Assembly: GCA_030390025.1 (NCBI GenBank)
Contig: CM059431.1
Location: forward strand, 146,632,001-146,696,000
From: Squalus acanthias
Lineage: Eukaryota
DNA: 64,000 bases
Reading direction: 5' to 3'
Position 1 is the first letter of the stretch, and each line of letters begins with the position of its first letter. A program made the translations under genes and the position numbers. Shown here one piece after another: positions 63,101 through 64,000 of this stretch. The notes beneath the pieces were generated by a model that did no database searches, was not told where the DNA came from, and worked only from the letters and a program-made list of their open reading frames with translations.

Positions 63101-64000
63101 GTCCATTCACTTTCCCAATCTATTGATGGTATCCGTCCATTCTCTTTCCCAATCCAATGATGGTATCTGTCCATTCAGTTTCCCAGTTCATTGATGGTAT
63201 CTGTCGATTAACTTTCCCAATCCATTGATGGAATCTGTCCATTCAGTTTCCCAGTTCATTGATGGTATCTGTCCATTAACTTTCCCAATCCATTGATGGT
63301 ATCTGTCCATTCACTTTCCCAATCCATTGATGGTTTCTGTCGATTAACTTTCCCAATCCATTGATGGTATCTGTCCATTCACTTTCCCAATCCATTGATG
63401 GTATATGTCCCTTCACTTTCCCAATCCATTGATGGTATCTGTCGATTAACTTTCCCAATCCATTGATGGTATCTGTCCATTAACTTTCTCAATCCATTGA
63501 TGGTATCTGTACATTAACTTTCCCAATCCAATGATGGTATCTGTCCATTCACTTTATCAATCCATTGATGGTATCTGTTCATTAACTTTCCCAATCCAAT
63601 GATGGTATCTGTCCATTCACTTTATCAATTCATTGATGCTATCTGTCCATTAACTTTCCCAATCCATTGATGGTATCTGTCCATTCACTTTAGCAATCCA
63701 TTGATGGTATCTGTTCATTCCCTTTCCCAATCCATTGATGGTATCTGTCCATTCACTTTCCCAATCCATTAATAGTATCTGTGCATTCACTTTCCCAATC
63801 CATTGATGGTATCTGTCCATTCACTTTCCCAATCCATTGATGGTATCTGTCCATTCACTTTCCCAATCCATTGATGCTATCTGTCCATTCACTTTCCAAT
63901 CCATTGATGGTATCTGTCCATTCACTTTCCCAATCCATTGATGGTATCTGTCCATTGACTTTCCCAATCCATTGATGGTATCTGTCCATTCACTTTCCCA
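54170..64000 (-). repeat. 34-bp satellite array, reverse orientation, continuing to the window end
   Basis: Directly visible. Confidence 0.99.

Noticed and set aside
15396..64000. Many short ORFs of the MDRYHQWIGKVNGQIPSMDWES type
   Set aside because: Translations of the 34-bp satellite; no coding evidence

Overview
Vertebrate repeat-rich DNA with no host protein-coding gene. The CR1/L2/Penelope repeat ends suggest a cartilaginous fish (inference). 1-11302 is a nearly complete, mildly decayed endogenous retrovirus-like provirus: partial 5' LTR, tRNA-Arg PBS, gag with coiled coil, overlapping PSAP/PPxY motifs and a CCHC knuckle, an in-frame UGA-CUAG gag-pol junction, PR-RT-tether-RNaseH-IN, env, PPT and a 1652-bp 3' LTR. 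Its env looks like a class I F-type fusion protein (lokiretrovirus-like) with an apparent N-terminal Ig domain. This is the most interesting object in the window. The rest holds decayed LINE fragments, CT microsatellite and two oppositely oriented arrays of one 34-bp satellite (15.4-36.2 kb and 43.4-64 kb) separated by a 500-N gap and a 6.6-kb non-satellite block. That block contains a Penelope element with minimal hammerhead motifs. Five tRNA pseudogenes flank the arrays, and an intact full-length CR1 LINE with a 5' tandem array is inserted in the second array. All calls come from reading motifs by eye; no database searches were run.
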